A stretch of 64,000 bases of DNA, from sequence record PX667085.1. One strand, written 5' to 3'. This stretch comes from a phage. A program made the translations under genes and the position numbers. The notes beneath the pieces are model-generated. The model had not been told where the DNA came from and ran no database searches. It saw only the letters and a list, made by a program, of their open reading frames with translations. Within the stretch, counting starts at the first letter, position 1; each line of letters starts with the position of its first letter. This document shows positions 1 to 9,130 of this stretch, in pieces.

Positions 1-29
1 GGGCTGGAAGTGAAACACATAAGCAAGAT

Positions 30-509
30 TTGGCTATCTTGCCCGATTTTGGTAAAGATCTTACAATATGTGGTTTTCGTAGGGATTCTGAAGTTTTAAG
101 TAGTCGTGAATGGTCTGTAATCAGAGAAAATGTAGCACCAACTTGTGTTTATGAAGGTGTAAGACCATATGCCAACTACATGGAATCTTACGATGGTCAT
201 CAAATCAGTCTTGCGCCACTGATTGATAACGTGTTTAATAATGCAAAAAGCAATCTTAAAATTCTTGAGGCAGGTGCTAAGGGTTTACCTTTGATCTGTT
301 CTCCTCGTGAGAATTATCATACACAAGAGTTTAAAGATCTGTTGTTCTTTGCTGAAACACCTTCCGAGTGGAAAGATATTACGGAATACTTATTAAGTGC
401 TCCCGATGTTTGCATGGAGAAAGGATTAGCATTAGCTAAGTATGTCAGGACTCATTATCACATTGATGTGTTGAATGAGCGTCGTAGACTTTTATTTGAG
501 GAGCTATAA
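30..509 (+). CDS. hypothetical protein
   Basis: ORF track, 159 aa, no motif recognised; first gene of plus-strand block, start may lie upstream of window. Confidence 0.4.
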   Translation: MAILPDFGKDLTICGFRRDSEVLSSREWSVIRENVAPTCVYEGVRPYANYMESYDGHQISLAPLIDNVFNNAKSNLKILEAGAKGLPLICSPRENYHTQEFKDLLFFAETPSEWKDITEYLLSAPDVCMEKGLALAKYVRTHYHIDVLNERRRLLFEEL

Positions 510-787
510 TGATTAACACTTTTGATTTTGAATACACCACTCGTAACGGGAAAGCCTTAGTTGTGGAGGTGGATTACTATTATGAAGAGCCTAACCCGCT
601 TTCTCGTGAAAGTGATTGGGATTACCACGGAGGGCTTTTAATTGACGGTATTCGTTTTTATGAAGGCTCTACAGAAGTTTTTGAAAAAGATTTAAATGTA
701 ACTGTAGCAGAAATTGCTTTCCAATTTAGAAAGCATATGGAAGAACTAGAAGCAGAATATATGATGGAGACTAACGAACCATTTTAA
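509..787 (+). CDS. hypothetical protein
   Basis: 92 aa ORF; start overlaps stop of previous ORF (coupled). Confidence 0.4.
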   Translation: MINTFDFEYTTRNGKALVVEVDYYYEEPNPLSRESDWDYHGGLLIDGIRFYEGSTEVFEKDLNVTVAEIAFQFRKHMEELEAEYMMETNEPF

Positions 788-799
788 CAGGAGAACAAA

Positions 800-2578
800 G
801 TGTCGCACATTATAACTAAATATGGATTTGATGTTGATCTTAGCAAGGAAGGGCATACAGGTTGTCCGCGCTGCATGAAAAATGGCAAGGATCGCTCTCG
901 TAATAACCTGATGGTTTATGGATTAGATTCTAATGGAGAGCATAAAGGTGCTAAGTGCTTTGCGTGTGAATACACTATTCCTAGCGTAGAATGGTTACGA
1001 GAAAATGGTGAAGTTTTAGAAGAAGAGGAGGAGATTGTGGGTTCGGAATTTAATAAACAGATTCATCGTAAAATTGTTCAAGAAACATCAACCAACCCAC
1101 GTGGTTATCGAGGAATTAAAGAAAAAGTTTCATCTTTCTATGGTGTTCGTTATGAATACCGTCAGGAAGGGGATCAGATGGTAGTAGAAAGTTGTTTATA
1201 TCCGACTACTATCGGTAAAGAATTGGTTGGTTTTAAGCGTCGTATTCATCCTAAAGATTTCAGTAAACCTATTGGTCAAGTAGGTAAAGATGTAGATCTT
1301 TTTGGACAAATTCGTTTTGCAGACCGTTCTCATACTGTGGTAATTACAGGTGGTGAACACGATGCTCTGGCAGCTTATCAAATGCTATCTGAAAACTTGG
1401 ACAACAAGTATGAACTTCCAGCAGTAGTTAGTGGCACAACTGGTGAAACCAGTATGTATAAACAAGTTCAGGCACAATATCCTTTCTTTGAAAAATTTAA
1501 GAAGATTATTGTTTGCATGGATAATGACAAAGCAGGTAATGAAGCATTTGAAAATATTGTTAAGGTGCTGCCTCGTAACAAAGTCTACCGTATGCAGATG
1601 GATCTTAAGGATGCCAATCAGTATCTGGAAGAAGGTCGTGCAAAAGATTTCGTAAAAGCTTTTTGGAGTGCTCGTCTATACACCCCAGCAGGTGTTTATG
1701 CTTCTAATGTCTTGTATGAAGCTGCATTAGAATGCTTGGAATCCAAGATGATTACCTTGCCTCCTTTTATGCGTGTAGCTGCAAACATGCTGGGTGGTGG
1801 TTTAGTAGAGGAAGAGATTACAGTCATCCTGGCAAAGACCAGTATCGGTAAAACTTTAATGGTGAACGAGATCACCAAACATATTATTGTTGCGCACCCA
1901 GAACATACCCTAGGTATCCTGTCCTTGGAAGCAACTTATAAGAAATATTCTCGTAACCTGTTGTCCTCGTTCCTGCATATTCCTCTACACAGGAAAACAC
2001 CGGAAGAGAAATTTCAAATCTTGGAAGAGAATAAAGAAAAAATCCTAGATTTTTACGAAAGAGAAGATGGATCACCACGTTTTTATGTGTGTGATGATCG
2101 TGGAGCAGATGTGGAGTCTATCAAAGAAAAAGTTTTGGAGATGATCATCTATTTTGGAGTAACAATTCTTGTTATCGACCCTTATTCTGATTTGCTTTCT
2201 GGTATGGATGTTCAAGCCCAGGAAGAGTTAGCAACATGGTTGAAGCGCATCATGAAAGAGTATGCTATAACTATTATCGTCATCTCACACGTTAAGAAAT
2301 CGGCTAATGGTGGCAATGAACACTTAACAGAGGACGATGCAATGGGTAGTAGTTTCTTGGCTAAAGGTGCTGGTATTACCTTGGCTTTGGAACGAGATAA
2401 AGCCGCTGAAGACCCTGTAGAACGCAATACGACTCATTGCTTTATCCTAAAAAACCGTGAGTTCTCGGAAACTGGTCCGGCAGGGCAGTTTTACTATGAC
2501 ATTAGAACTGCAACTCTGCATGACAAAGAGCAGTATTTCAACAATCCTGCTAATTTGCCTACGGATAGCAACTATTAA
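800..2578 (+). CDS. bifunctional DNA primase-helicase (T7 gp4-like architecture)
   Basis: GTG start after AGGAGAA; N-terminal zinc ribbon CPRCMKNGKD...CFACEY; TOPRIM-like ITGGEHDALAAYQ and CMDNDKAGNEA; DnaB-type Walker A LAKTSIGKT and Walker B ILVIDPYSDL. Confidence 0.8.
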   Translation: MSHIITKYGFDVDLSKEGHTGCPRCMKNGKDRSRNNLMVYGLDSNGEHKGAKCFACEYTIPSVEWLRENGEVLEEEEEIVGSEFNKQIHRKIVQETSTNPRGYRGIKEKVSSFYGVRYEYRQEGDQMVVESCLYPTTIGKELVGFKRRIHPKDFSKPIGQVGKDVDLFGQIRFADRSHTVVITGGEHDALAAYQMLSENLDNKYELPAVVSGTTGETSMYKQVQAQYPFFEKFKKIIVCMDNDKAGNEAFENIVKVLPRNKVYRMQMDLKDANQYLEEGRAKDFVKAFWSARLYTPAGVYASNVLYEAALECLESKMITLPPFMRVAANMLGGGLVEEEITVILAKTSIGKTLMVNEITKHIIVAHPEHTLGILSLEATYKKYSRNLLSSFLHIPLHRKTPEEKFQILEENKEKILDFYEREDGSPRFYVCDDRGADVESIKEKVLEMIIYFGVTILVIDPYSDLLSGMDVQAQEELATWLKRIMKEYAITIIVISHVKKSANGGNEHLTEDDAMGSSFLAKGAGITLALERDKAAEDPVERNTTHCFILKNREFSETGPAGQFYYDIRTATLHDKEQYFNNPANLPTDSNY

Positions 2579-2597
2579 GGGCTTCGGCCCTTTTATT
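2579..2597 (+). terminator. rho-independent terminator after primase-helicase
   Basis: GGGCTTCGGCCC hairpin followed by TTTTATT directly after stop codon. Confidence 0.55.
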
Positions 2598-2608
2598 AAA
2601 AATACCTG

Positions 2609-2638
2609 TTGACAACTTTGCGGAAGGGACTTATACTT
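2609..2638 (+). promoter_or_regulatory. sigma70-like promoter TTGACA-N18-TATACT
   Basis: TTGACA at 2609-2614, TATACT at 2633-2638, about 30 nt upstream of the 2671 ORF. Confidence 0.55.
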
Positions 2639-2670
2639 GTCTCATCAACCAAACAAGAGGAGAAGTAAAA

Positions 2671-3102
2671 ATGCGTATGACAATCGATCTGAATGCAAAA
2701 GTTAAAGCTGCTGGTGCTCTGGGTGCTGGTGTTATTAAACACAAACAAGCGTTGGCATTTGCCATCCCACATATGATTGTTGAGGATCATCCTGAAGAGT
2801 TTGCTGTAAAAGTTGTTGAGAACAATGTCTCTGTTATTGAACATCTTCCAACTGGACGTTCTTACCGTGTTGTTTCTTCTAAAGGTTTCCGTTTCGATGT
2901 AAGCCCTTCTTTCACAAAAGGTGCTGGTCGTAGTAAAGTGGGTATTCTTTCTTACAAATATTATATCGATAAAGTTGCAGATGGTGTTGCATTCTGTCGT
3001 GTAAGTGAAGGTAAAGTAGATATCATCTTTAAAAATACTAAAAACATGGTTATTTCTGATGATGGTAAAGTTGACCTCACTATTGAGTTCGCTAACAACT
3101 AA
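2671..3102 (+). CDS. hypothetical protein
   Basis: 143 aa ORF with SD GAGGAGAAG upstream; no motif recognised. Confidence 0.45.
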   Translation: MRMTIDLNAKVKAAGALGAGVIKHKQALAFAIPHMIVEDHPEEFAVKVVENNVSVIEHLPTGRSYRVVSSKGFRFDVSPSFTKGAGRSKVGILSYKYYIDKVADGVAFCRVSEGKVDIIFKNTKNMVISDDGKVDLTIEFANN

Positions 3103-3111
3103 GGAGGACTA

Positions 3112-3906
3112 TTGAGCAAGTTGAACACACTTGATCAATATTACACTAACCCCGCTTATGCGGGGTTCTTATGTGATAAGATCAAAGAAATTTTTGGAGA
3201 GGAAGCTAACTACGTAGAACCATCTGCGGGAGAAGGAGCTTTCTCTTCTTGTTTTAAAAACATAACTTCTTTTGATATTGACCCTAAGTTTGAAGATTGT
3301 ATTGAGGCAGATTTTTTAGCTCAATCTGTTGAGTCTGTTGGTAGTGTAACTGCTTTTGTCGGTAATCCTCCATTTGGAAAAAATGCTAGTCTTGCCATTA
3401 AATTCTTTAACCATTGTGCTGAAATGCTGGATAACGAAGGTGGTATTTGTTTTATCTTGCCTCGCACATTTCAAAAAATCTTTTTTGCACACAAGCTAAA
3501 TCCCCATATGCATCTTCTTTACGAAGAAGAATGTCCAAAAGGATCTTTTATTCTTCATGGAGAACCTTGGGATGTTCCTTGTGTATTCCAGGTATGGATT
3601 AAACGCAACGAGAAGCGTTCTCCCGTTGTTTTAGGAGAGAATCGACTATTCGTATTAGGTAACAGTAAAGACTACGATATAGCCGTTAGGAGAGCGGGAG
3701 CAAGTGCAGGTAAAGTGTTATCAGAAGAAGATTCTTTATCTGAAGCATCTACCTATTTTTTAAAAGCCTTGACTTCTGATCTTAAAACGCGTATCATTGA
3801 GGCTTACCCGTTACTTAAAGCTGAAGCTAGTAAAACTGCGGGAGTAAGAAGTTTAAGTTTAAAAGAACTTCAGTGGGTTCTGGAGAACATTAGAAAGGAG
3901 GAATAG
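3112..3906 (+). CDS. putative N6-adenine DNA methyltransferase
   Basis: TTG start after AAGGAGG; AdoMet motif I-like VEPSAGEGAF then catalytic motif IV GNPPFGK about 45 residues later. Confidence 0.55.
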   Translation: MSKLNTLDQYYTNPAYAGFLCDKIKEIFGEEANYVEPSAGEGAFSSCFKNITSFDIDPKFEDCIEADFLAQSVESVGSVTAFVGNPPFGKNASLAIKFFNHCAEMLDNEGGICFILPRTFQKIFFAHKLNPHMHLLYEEECPKGSFILHGEPWDVPCVFQVWIKRNEKRSPVVLGENRLFVLGNSKDYDIAVRRAGASAGKVLSEEDSLSEASTYFLKALTSDLKTRIIEAYPLLKAEASKTAGVRSLSLKELQWVLENIRKEE

Positions 3907-6503
3907 TGAGTAAGTTTACATGGGATATTGAAGCAAACGGATTGTTGAATAATGACACTATTGATTATTTAGCTAGTCCTTATCGTCTCAAAGACACATT
4001 TCAAATGCACTGTATTGTCTTAGAGAACCATGAAACAGGAGAAATAGTAGCTTTCCACGATGGCCCTAAATACATCTTTGATGGGCGTCCTTACGAAGAG
4101 TCAGATGGTAAATACACATATGTTCTTAAAGAGTATGTGGCGCAAGATTACACACATTTTCAACTAAAAGATTTCCCAGATTTTATTAATCATGAAGGTT
4201 ATTTTAAAGACAAGCCTGAATATCTAGTTGAAATGGCTGTGGCTCACAACGGTATCAACTACGACTGGTTGGCTACAAAACTGTTTTATGGATTAGATTA
4301 CAGTGTTAAATATAATACGTGGGGCAAAAATAAGGTAAAACTTATTGACTCCTTGATTTTGAGTAAAGTGTTAAACCCAGATCGAAAGATTGAGGGCAAA
4401 TCAGGACATAGCTTGGCAGCACTTTCTCGAAAAGCAGGTGGTGATGTAAAAATAGATTTCCGTAAAGAGATTCCAGAAGAAGATCGATTTAAGACTTTTG
4501 CTGCGGATATGCTTTATTACTGTATCTATGACAACAAAGCCAATACGAGCGTATATAATTACCTTATGGAAGAATGGGGTGATTATGATAAATGGGAAGG
4601 TCCATTTGAACTTGAACAACGTGTAGCAGACATTATTACACGCCAGGAACACCGTGGGTTTGCTTTTAACATGAAACAAGCAGAAGAGAACCTTGCTTTT
4701 TTGGATGCAGAAATGGAGCGTCTTCGTTTACTCGTTGAGCCTATTTTGCCACCTAAACCAGCAACAAAAGGTTATCTTAAGGCTTTTATTCCACCTAAGT
4801 TGCAAATTAAAAAGAACTTAGAGCCAACTAACCATATGATCAATTTTGCTAAGAAACATGATGGTCATTTGGAAGAGAGGGATGGCGATTGGTGGTTAGT
4901 TATGTTGGGGAAAGAGTGGAAACTGCCAGTTGCAGCAGATGAGCCTCTATGTGATCCTAACATTCCTGCAACATTGAACGATACAACCCATATTAAAAAC
5001 TGGCTTGTAGGATTAGGTTGGGTACCGTCTGAATATAAAGATAAAGACTTGACGCTTAAATCTGGCACCAAAATTAAAAAGAGCGAGGAAGAACTTCAGA
5101 AAGGTATTAGAGCTTACGTTGAGCAAACTCTATCTTCTAATTTTTGTCAGGATCGTTGTGATCATCTGGAGTGCACACCGGAAACTTTGGAAAGGAAGAT
5201 TCAAGAGCGTATAGCAAAAGGTAAAGGTCGCGGTCTTAAAGTATTGACTAACCCGTGTTTTACCAAAGGTCAGGAAAAAGAAATTTGTCCTAACCTGCAA
5301 GCTTTGGGTGAGAAGTTTCCTTATGCTACACAGATTGTAGAATACTTAACGTATAAGCATCGTAGGAACTCTATTTTAGGTGGCGGTGCTGATTGGGAAG
5401 AAGATGAAGAAGATCAAGAATACGATAAAGGTTTCTTAGCCGCAGTAAGGGCAGATGGTCGTATTCCTACCCCAGCCGCTACATGTGATGCTGCAACTTC
5501 TCGTATGAAGCACAGATCTGTAGCTAATATTCCTCGTGTCACATCTTTGTTTGGATGGGAGATGCGTAACTTGTTTGGTGTAGAGGTTCCTAAATACTTC
5601 CAGATTGGCTACGACTTCGACTCTTTAGAAGCAAAAATTGAATCGCATTACTGTTGGCGGTACGAGCCGGAGCCACACGAATATTGTAACGCTCTGTTGT
5701 TAGAGAAACCTAATGATGTTCACACAATGATGGCAAAACGTATCACTGAAACTATTGGACGCAAATTTGAACGTAGTCCTGCTAAATCTGTTAAGTATGG
5801 TATTACCTATGGTGCACAAGCCGACAAGGTTGCTAAAACAATTGGTAGTGATAAGTTTACAGGTCAGTTGGTGTTCGATGCTTTCTGGGAAGCTGCGTTC
5901 CCATTGGCGCGTCTTAAAGAACGTTTAAACGATTTCTGGGTTAAGACTGGTAAACAATATGTTTTAGGTATTGACGGTCGTAAGGTTCCTACTCGTTCTG
6001 CTCACGCGATTCTTAACTCTCTGTTCCAAAGCGGTGGGGTTATCTGTGCTAAACGTGCAATGGTTATTTATGACGATATGATCGAAGAAGAAGGACTAAG
6101 TGTTGACTTCTTTAAAGATGACTGGAAGAATAAAGACTTCGTGCAACAAATGATTGCATATCACGATGAAGCCCAGCTTGAAGTTTCTCGTAACCTTGTA
6201 GAATTCAAATGGTTTTCACCGGAATCATTAGGTTGGAAGAAAGTAGACGATCCTGAAGAACAAAAGAAAATTGATAAAGAATGCCTTGCTAAAGTTGAAG
6301 AATGGAAGCATAATAAGGAAAAAGAGACAGGGCAAATTTGGGCTAACATTCATGAATCTCCCAAAGGTGGATGGTTTACAGCTTATAGTCGGGCAGGTGA
6401 ACTTGCTGCTTTAGCTGTTACTAAGGCTGGAGAATTTTACAATCTTAACGTTCAGCTTACTGCCGGATATGATGTGGGTAATTCCTGGGCGTCTTGTCAC
6501 TAG
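3906..6503 (+). CDS. DNA polymerase, family A, with 3'-5' exonuclease domain
   Basis: Exo motifs DIEANGL, HNGINYDW, YCIYDNKA; polymerase motif A DFDSLEAKI, motif B RSPAKSVKYGITYG, motif C YHDEAQLEV. Confidence 0.85.
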   Translation: MSKFTWDIEANGLLNNDTIDYLASPYRLKDTFQMHCIVLENHETGEIVAFHDGPKYIFDGRPYEESDGKYTYVLKEYVAQDYTHFQLKDFPDFINHEGYFKDKPEYLVEMAVAHNGINYDWLATKLFYGLDYSVKYNTWGKNKVKLIDSLILSKVLNPDRKIEGKSGHSLAALSRKAGGDVKIDFRKEIPEEDRFKTFAADMLYYCIYDNKANTSVYNYLMEEWGDYDKWEGPFELEQRVADIITRQEHRGFAFNMKQAEENLAFLDAEMERLRLLVEPILPPKPATKGYLKAFIPPKLQIKKNLEPTNHMINFAKKHDGHLEERDGDWWLVMLGKEWKLPVAADEPLCDPNIPATLNDTTHIKNWLVGLGWVPSEYKDKDLTLKSGTKIKKSEEELQKGIRAYVEQTLSSNFCQDRCDHLECTPETLERKIQERIAKGKGRGLKVLTNPCFTKGQEKEICPNLQALGEKFPYATQIVEYLTYKHRRNSILGGGADWEEDEEDQEYDKGFLAAVRADGRIPTPAATCDAATSRMKHRSVANIPRVTSLFGWEMRNLFGVEVPKYFQIGYDFDSLEAKIESHYCWRYEPEPHEYCNALLLEKPNDVHTMMAKRITETIGRKFERSPAKSVKYGITYGAQADKVAKTIGSDKFTGQLVFDAFWEAAFPLARLKERLNDFWVKTGKQYVLGIDGRKVPTRSAHAILNSLFQSGGVICAKRAMVIYDDMIEEEGLSVDFFKDDWKNKDFVQQMIAYHDEAQLEVSRNLVEFKWFSPESLGWKKVDDPEEQKKIDKECLAKVEEWKHNKEKETGQIWANIHESPKGGWFTAYSRAGELAALAVTKAGEFYNLNVQLTAGYDVGNSWASCH

Positions 6504-6520
6504 TTAACTCATTGTTTTAT

Positions 6521-6542
6521 AAGGGGCTTCTGCCCCTTTATA
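6521..6542 (+). terminator. possible weak terminator after DNA polymerase
   Basis: AGGGGCTTCTGCCCCT hairpin followed by TTATAGG (short T tract). Confidence 0.35.
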
Positions 6543-6551
6543 GGAGGAGAT

Positions 6552-6743
6552 ATGCATTACGATTTAGATTGTCTTGGTATGCCTTACCTACCAGATGAAT
6601 TTGAAGGTGAAGAAGAACGTGAATGGGACGATGGGGATATCCGTTGTTGGTCTTGTGGTAAAGATATGTCTTATGAACAACATATGCACAATGATGGTTT
6701 CTGCATACATTGTTATAATGAAATTGATCTGGAGGAAGATTAA
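6552..6743 (+). CDS. small acidic zinc-ribbon protein
   Basis: 63 aa; CWSCG...CIHC cysteine pairs; very acidic; SD AGGAGGAGA upstream. Confidence 0.4.
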   Translation: MHYDLDCLGMPYLPDEFEGEEEREWDDGDIRCWSCGKDMSYEQHMHNDGFCIHCYNEIDLEED

Positions 6744-6910
6744 TGGGAAATGGTATCATGATTTGCTATAAAATTGTGCGTATTGTCGGAGACGAAATTA
6801 CCACTCGGTATTTTATGATAGAGTCTCAAGCCGATGAGGTTTACAATGACTGGCTTGAAAAAGGTGGATACGATTTTGTATCTAAAGAAACTTTCCGTTT
6901 AGAAGTATAA
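6743..6910 (+). CDS. small hypothetical protein (55 aa, below track cutoff)
   Basis: ATG at 6743 overlaps upstream stop as TAATG; translated by eye MGNGIMICYKIV...FRLEV. Confidence 0.3.
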   Translation: MGNGIMICYKIVRIVGDEITTRYFMIESQADEVYNDWLEKGGYDFVSKETFRLEV

Positions 6911-6920
6911 GGAGAAAACA

Positions 6921-7139
6921 ATGCGTAAATTAGTGAGCTTTAATGTTTCAATTCTTGTTGATGAACAAAATGAAGATGTTATTAAAGGTCTTGCAAATAA
7001 GATTGCAGGTGGAATGACGGAAGCTGAAGTGTGGGAAGAATGTGCTCGACTTTATGAGGAAGGTGTTATTGAGGTCTTGGGGGATGAGATTAATATGGAC
7101 GATGTTGTAAAAGTAACTGTGGAGCGTATCAATGACTAA
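6921..7139 (+). CDS. hypothetical protein
   Basis: 72 aa ORF with SD AAGGAGAAAA upstream. Confidence 0.35.
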   Translation: MRKLVSFNVSILVDEQNEDVIKGLANKIAGGMTEAEVWEECARLYEEGVIEVLGDEINMDDVVKVTVERIND

Positions 7140-7725
7140 ATCAAAACAAATCAATATTGCCAAAGAAATTCTTACCGTATTAAAGATCGCTGATCCTAAT
7201 TCTGTCTTGGCTGGCGGTGCTGTTCGTGATTGGCGTATTCTTGATATTGCTGGACGTGATCTGGATTTCTATACATCCCTTCCTGCACATCGGACTGAAG
7301 AACAAATACAAGGATTAATTGCATCTGCTTTAATGGGAACCAATATTCGTAAACTAGGAAACAAAGAGGCTTCTGACAATTATGAAGGTGTTACTGGTCT
7401 TAAACACGTTTTTGAGTTTGAACGTGATGGTCAGCTTTGCAACCTTATGATTATGGAACCAAGCGTAATGACAACCTTTCTAAATGAGTTCGATCTGTCC
7501 ATCTGCCAGGCTGCATTTGATGGGAAGGATTGTTATTATTCTAAAGATTTTGAAACAACCTTGGAAACAGGGATCTGCTTCTTGCACAAAGACGTTAGAG
7601 AAGATGCCAAACACGTTATTAAAATTGCTACACGTTTCCCATATCTTCGTTTTGTGAAAGAGGTTAAGGTTCCACGTCCACCTCAAGTAGATACCAGATT
7701 GGAAGAAGATGATATTCCTTGGTAA
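7132..7725 (+). CDS. Pol-beta-superfamily nucleotidyltransferase, CCA-adding/poly(A)-polymerase head-like
   Basis: LAGGAVRDWRILDIAGRDLDFY = GGxVRD plus DxD signature; only 197 aa (head domain size); C-terminus EEDDIPW. Confidence 0.55.
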   Translation: MTKSKQINIAKEILTVLKIADPNSVLAGGAVRDWRILDIAGRDLDFYTSLPAHRTEEQIQGLIASALMGTNIRKLGNKEASDNYEGVTGLKHVFEFERDGQLCNLMIMEPSVMTTFLNEFDLSICQAAFDGKDCYYSKDFETTLETGICFLHKDVREDAKHVIKIATRFPYLRFVKEVKVPRPPQVDTRLEEDDIPW

Positions 7726-7732
7726 TTAAAGC

Positions 7733-7762
7733 TTGACAATATTAAACATTTTATGATAGGAT
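7733..7762 (+). promoter_or_regulatory. putative promoter TTGACA-N18-TAGGAT
   Basis: TTGACA at 7733-7738; weak -10 candidates TATGAT/TAGGAT; precedes 7771 ORF. Confidence 0.35.
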
Positions 7763-7770
7763 AGCATTCA

Positions 7771-8163
7771 ATGACTGAACGTTCTAAGATAGCTGTTGAA
7801 ACTGTTTATGGAAACTATACCAGTTTGACACTAGTTGAGAAAAATGTTGTAGGTCTTGACAACTCTTTTTATTTTCAAATTTTGGTTATTCAAGGTGGAA
7901 ACAAGAAGCTAACTGCTCGTGTTGAAACATCTGAAATAATTGAAACCACTGTTACAAACAAAGAATTCATTTCACTGCAAGATACAATCCGAAACGTTAT
8001 AGACGAAGAAGGCAAAGCTGCCACAATTAAACTCGGAGGTTTCCCAGTGCAAATAGTTCATTTTCCTAATGGTGAAATTGGAGTTGGAATAGGTAAAGGT
8101 AAATACCTGTTAGAGCAAGATGATATGGAAAGACTCCGTTCTTTCTGTGCAAAATTAATGTAA
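7771..8163 (+). CDS. hypothetical protein
   Basis: 130 aa ORF, no motif recognised. Confidence 0.4.
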   Translation: MTERSKIAVETVYGNYTSLTLVEKNVVGLDNSFYFQILVIQGGNKKLTARVETSEIIETTVTNKEFISLQDTIRNVIDEEGKAATIKLGGFPVQIVHFPNGEIGVGIGKGKYLLEQDDMERLRSFCAKLM

Positions 8164-8179
8164 TGTAGAGGAGATAATA

Positions 8180-9067
8180 ATGTCCGTAATTAATACTGAA
8201 ACTGATCGTAAAGGCAAAACCGTAACTTATGCAACTGGTATCGTAGACTACGTTAAACTGGATAAATTCGCTGAACCTAAAACTTTTCATTGGGAAGGAA
8301 AAACGATTGTTTCAACTCACCGAGCTTCTCTTGTTCTGAAAGAGAAAGGTGCTAAACCAGATGAGAAAGGTGTTTGGATTTCTCTTGGTGACATTGAACT
8401 GAAAGAAGGTTATGAAAACCTGCAAGTCAAAGAAGGTGATAATTGGATCACTATTGAAAAAGGTGTAGAAGTAAGTATTGATATTGATCGCGTTGATAAT
8501 AAAGGCGGTAAAACTTACTACAATACTAAAAAATCTCGTATTACAGTATTGTCTACCGATGGTGTTCAGAAGTCTAACAAATCTTCTGGCAATAAAGGTT
8601 CCAACGATGCTGCTCCTAAGCAATCCTATAAAAAACGTGATACTGTAGGTCTGGAAACTGGTCACGCAGTAAATGGTGCACTGGAACTGATTCGTAATGG
8701 TGTTAAAGGCGATGCTTTCGATATCGCTGGGGTTGTTCAATCTGCAACTGTCACGCTGAAATCGGAAATTGCTGAATCTCGTGGCGTTGATATTAATGAT
8801 TATGATCTTGGGGCATCTGTTGGTCACGCTATTCTTAATGCTTGTAAAGACCATACCATTAAGACTGTATCTGTAGAAGATCTGATTGACTCTGCTCGTA
8901 AAGTTCTAGCTCTGTCTGATAAAGTTGCTGCTGCCATTCGTGGTTCCGCAGAACAACCTAAGAAAGAAGAGAAGAAAGAAGTTAAAAAGCCTGAACCACA
9001 ACCAGAACCAACTCCAAGCAATCAAGAAGAACCTCCAATGGACTTCGATGATGATATTCCATTCTGA
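8180..9067 (+). CDS. single-stranded DNA-binding protein (SSB-like)
   Basis: C-terminus PMDFDDDIPF matches the canonical acidic SSB tail; low-complexity linker PKKEEKKEVKKPEPQPEP before the tail; sits in replication block. Confidence 0.6.
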   Translation: MSVINTETDRKGKTVTYATGIVDYVKLDKFAEPKTFHWEGKTIVSTHRASLVLKEKGAKPDEKGVWISLGDIELKEGYENLQVKEGDNWITIEKGVEVSIDIDRVDNKGGKTYYNTKKSRITVLSTDGVQKSNKSSGNKGSNDAAPKQSYKKRDTVGLETGHAVNGALELIRNGVKGDAFDIAGVVQSATVTLKSEIAESRGVDINDYDLGASVGHAILNACKDHTIKTVSVEDLIDSARKVLALSDKVAAAIRGSAEQPKKEEKKEVKKPEPQPEPTPSNQEEPPMDFDDDIPF

Positions 9068-9101
9068 TCTTATTGATTTATAAAGAGTTTTTATAAAAGA
9101 A

Positions 9102-9130
9102 AAGGGAACCTTTGCGGGTTCCCTTTTTTA
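9102..9130. terminator. bidirectional terminator between convergent blocks
   Basis: GGGAACC-TTTGCG-GGTTCCC hairpin flanked by A/T tracts on both sides (AAAAGAAAA upstream, TTTTTTATT downstream). Confidence 0.6.
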
